Part shown: positions 62,770 through 64,000 of the stretch, one piece after another
Layout of the letters: every line of letters starts with the position of its first letter
Numbering within the stretch: position 1 is the stretch's first letter
From: Squalus acanthias
Lineage: Eukaryota
Assembly: GCA_030390025.1 (NCBI GenBank)
Contig: CM059432.1
Span: 145,204,001 to 145,268,000 of the forward strand
Length of the DNA stretch: 64,000 nucleotides
Direction: 5' to 3'
Notes under the pieces: generated by a model
The model's input: the letters and a program-made list of their open reading frames with translations, nothing else
Told to the model about the DNA's origin: nothing
Database searches by the model: none
Translations under genes and position numbers: made by a program

Positions 62770-63305
62770 CCAACAGGCAGAGACTGCGGCCGCCCAGCGA
62801 TCAGTCAAGGTCGGGATTGGGATCAGAGGCTTTCAGGACGCAGCGGACGAACCGGCAATTATATTCCGGTCACTGCTTCAATTCGCCAACCGGCAACAGA
62901 GAAACACAGCGGCCCCCAGAGCCCGGCCCGGCCCGACCCGCTCCAGCCCAGACCCCGGCATAAAGCCCGAGACAAGTGATCCCGAGCTCCGGCCCGGAGT
63001 CCACAGTCCGCACCGCGGGCGGGCCCCGGGGCGGCCCGCTCCAGTGACTGGGCTCCGGGCCTCAATCCAACTCCCTCCCCCGGGCCTGGAGCCGCGGACT
63101 GACGCCGGGAAACAGTCACCAACACCCGGCCGGCAGCGCCGGGCCACCACCTCCCGCCATTACCTGATGATCGCTCCGGGCTGGAACCGCCGCCGCGGAC
63201 TCGCTGCTCAGGGGTGAGAGTTCACAGCACCGGGGGGTGACCACACGTGACCTGCCCCGGCCCCGGCCCCGGCCCCGCCCCCAGGCAGGAGGCCACGCCC
63301 ACTGA
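62770..63305 (-). promoter_or_regulatory. STARD3NL: CpG island / promoter of STARD3NL with non-coding exon 1 (donor CAG|GTAAT at 63164/63163)
   Basis: Very high GC and CpG. GC box CCCCGCCCC (~63273), KLF CCACGCCC (63293-63300), E-box CACGTGAC (63244-63251). Located upstream of the first coding exon. Confidence 0.72.
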
Positions 63306-63344
63306 GAAGGAAAGCAAATGGGGGGGGGAGAATAAATAGATAAA

Positions 63345-64000
63345 TGGCGAGGGGCAATAAATGGGGGAAGGGGCAATAAATGGGGGAAGGGGCAATAAAT
63401 GGGGGAGGGGCAATAAATGGGGGCGGGGCAATAAATAGAGGTGGGGCAATAAATGGGGAGGGATAATAATTGTGGGGCAATAAATGGGATGGGGCAATAA
63501 ATGGGATGGGGCAATAAATGGGAAGGGGCAATAAATGGGAGGGTCAATAAATGGGAAGGGCAACAAATGGGGGACAATAAATGGGGAGGAGCAATAAATG
63601 GGGAGGGGCAATAAATAGAGGAGTGGCAATACATGGGGAGGGGCAATAAATGGGAGAGTGGCAATAAATGGAGAGGGGCAATAAATGGGAGCGGGGCATT
63701 AAATGGGGGAGTGGCAATAAATGGAGAGGAGCAATAAATGGGGAGGGGCAATAAATGGGGAGGGGCAATAAATGGGGGAGTGGCAATAAACGGGATGGGG
63801 CAATAAATGGGGAGTGGCAATAAATGGGGAGGGGCAATAAATGGGATGGGGCAATAATTGGGGGAGGGGCAATAAATGGGATGGGGCAATAATTGTGGGA
63901 GGGGCAATAAATGGGGAGGAGCAATAAATGGGGTGGGGTAATAAATGGTGGAGGGGCAATAAATGGGGGAGGGGCAATATATAGAGGAGGGGCAATAAAT
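63345..64000. repeat. Minisatellite GGGGCAATAAATGGGGA (17-19 bp units)
   Basis: Tandem array running off the end of the window. Confidence 0.95.

Noticed and set aside
60796-63995. 652-aa and other repetitive ORFs
   Set aside because: Minisatellite translations with no protein-like complexity.

Overview
Vertebrate genomic DNA, most likely from a shark or other elasmobranch (CR1-dominated repeats with CATAGAA-type tails, SacSINE1-like Deu-SINEs). The first ~10.2 kb (+ strand) is the 3' end of a T-cell receptor gamma locus: J segments with 12-bp-spacer RSSs (two clean, one near-intact, up to three degenerate) and one constant gene in three exons (Ig C1 domain 5973-6293, connecting peptide 7584-7664, TM/cytoplasmic 10081-10214). 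Facing it tail-to-tail on the - strand is a complete STARD3NL (MENTHO) gene: 7 coding exons giving 231 aa, with a CpG-island promoter near 63.2 kb. This matches the mammalian TRG-STARD3NL arrangement. The rest is transposon-rich (CR1, L2, Vingi-like LINE, SINEs, MITEs, Penelope-type remnants with hammerhead-ribozyme motifs, minisatellites) with several nested insertions. Most interesting leads: a candidate TCR-gamma 3' enhancer (Runx/Myb/STAT/NF-kB cluster), a KKxx motif at the TCR-gamma C-terminus, extra degenerate J segments, hammerhead motifs with compensatory stem changes, and a phase-compatible alternative STARD3NL C-terminus. I cannot demonstrate a wholly new biological system from the sequence alone.
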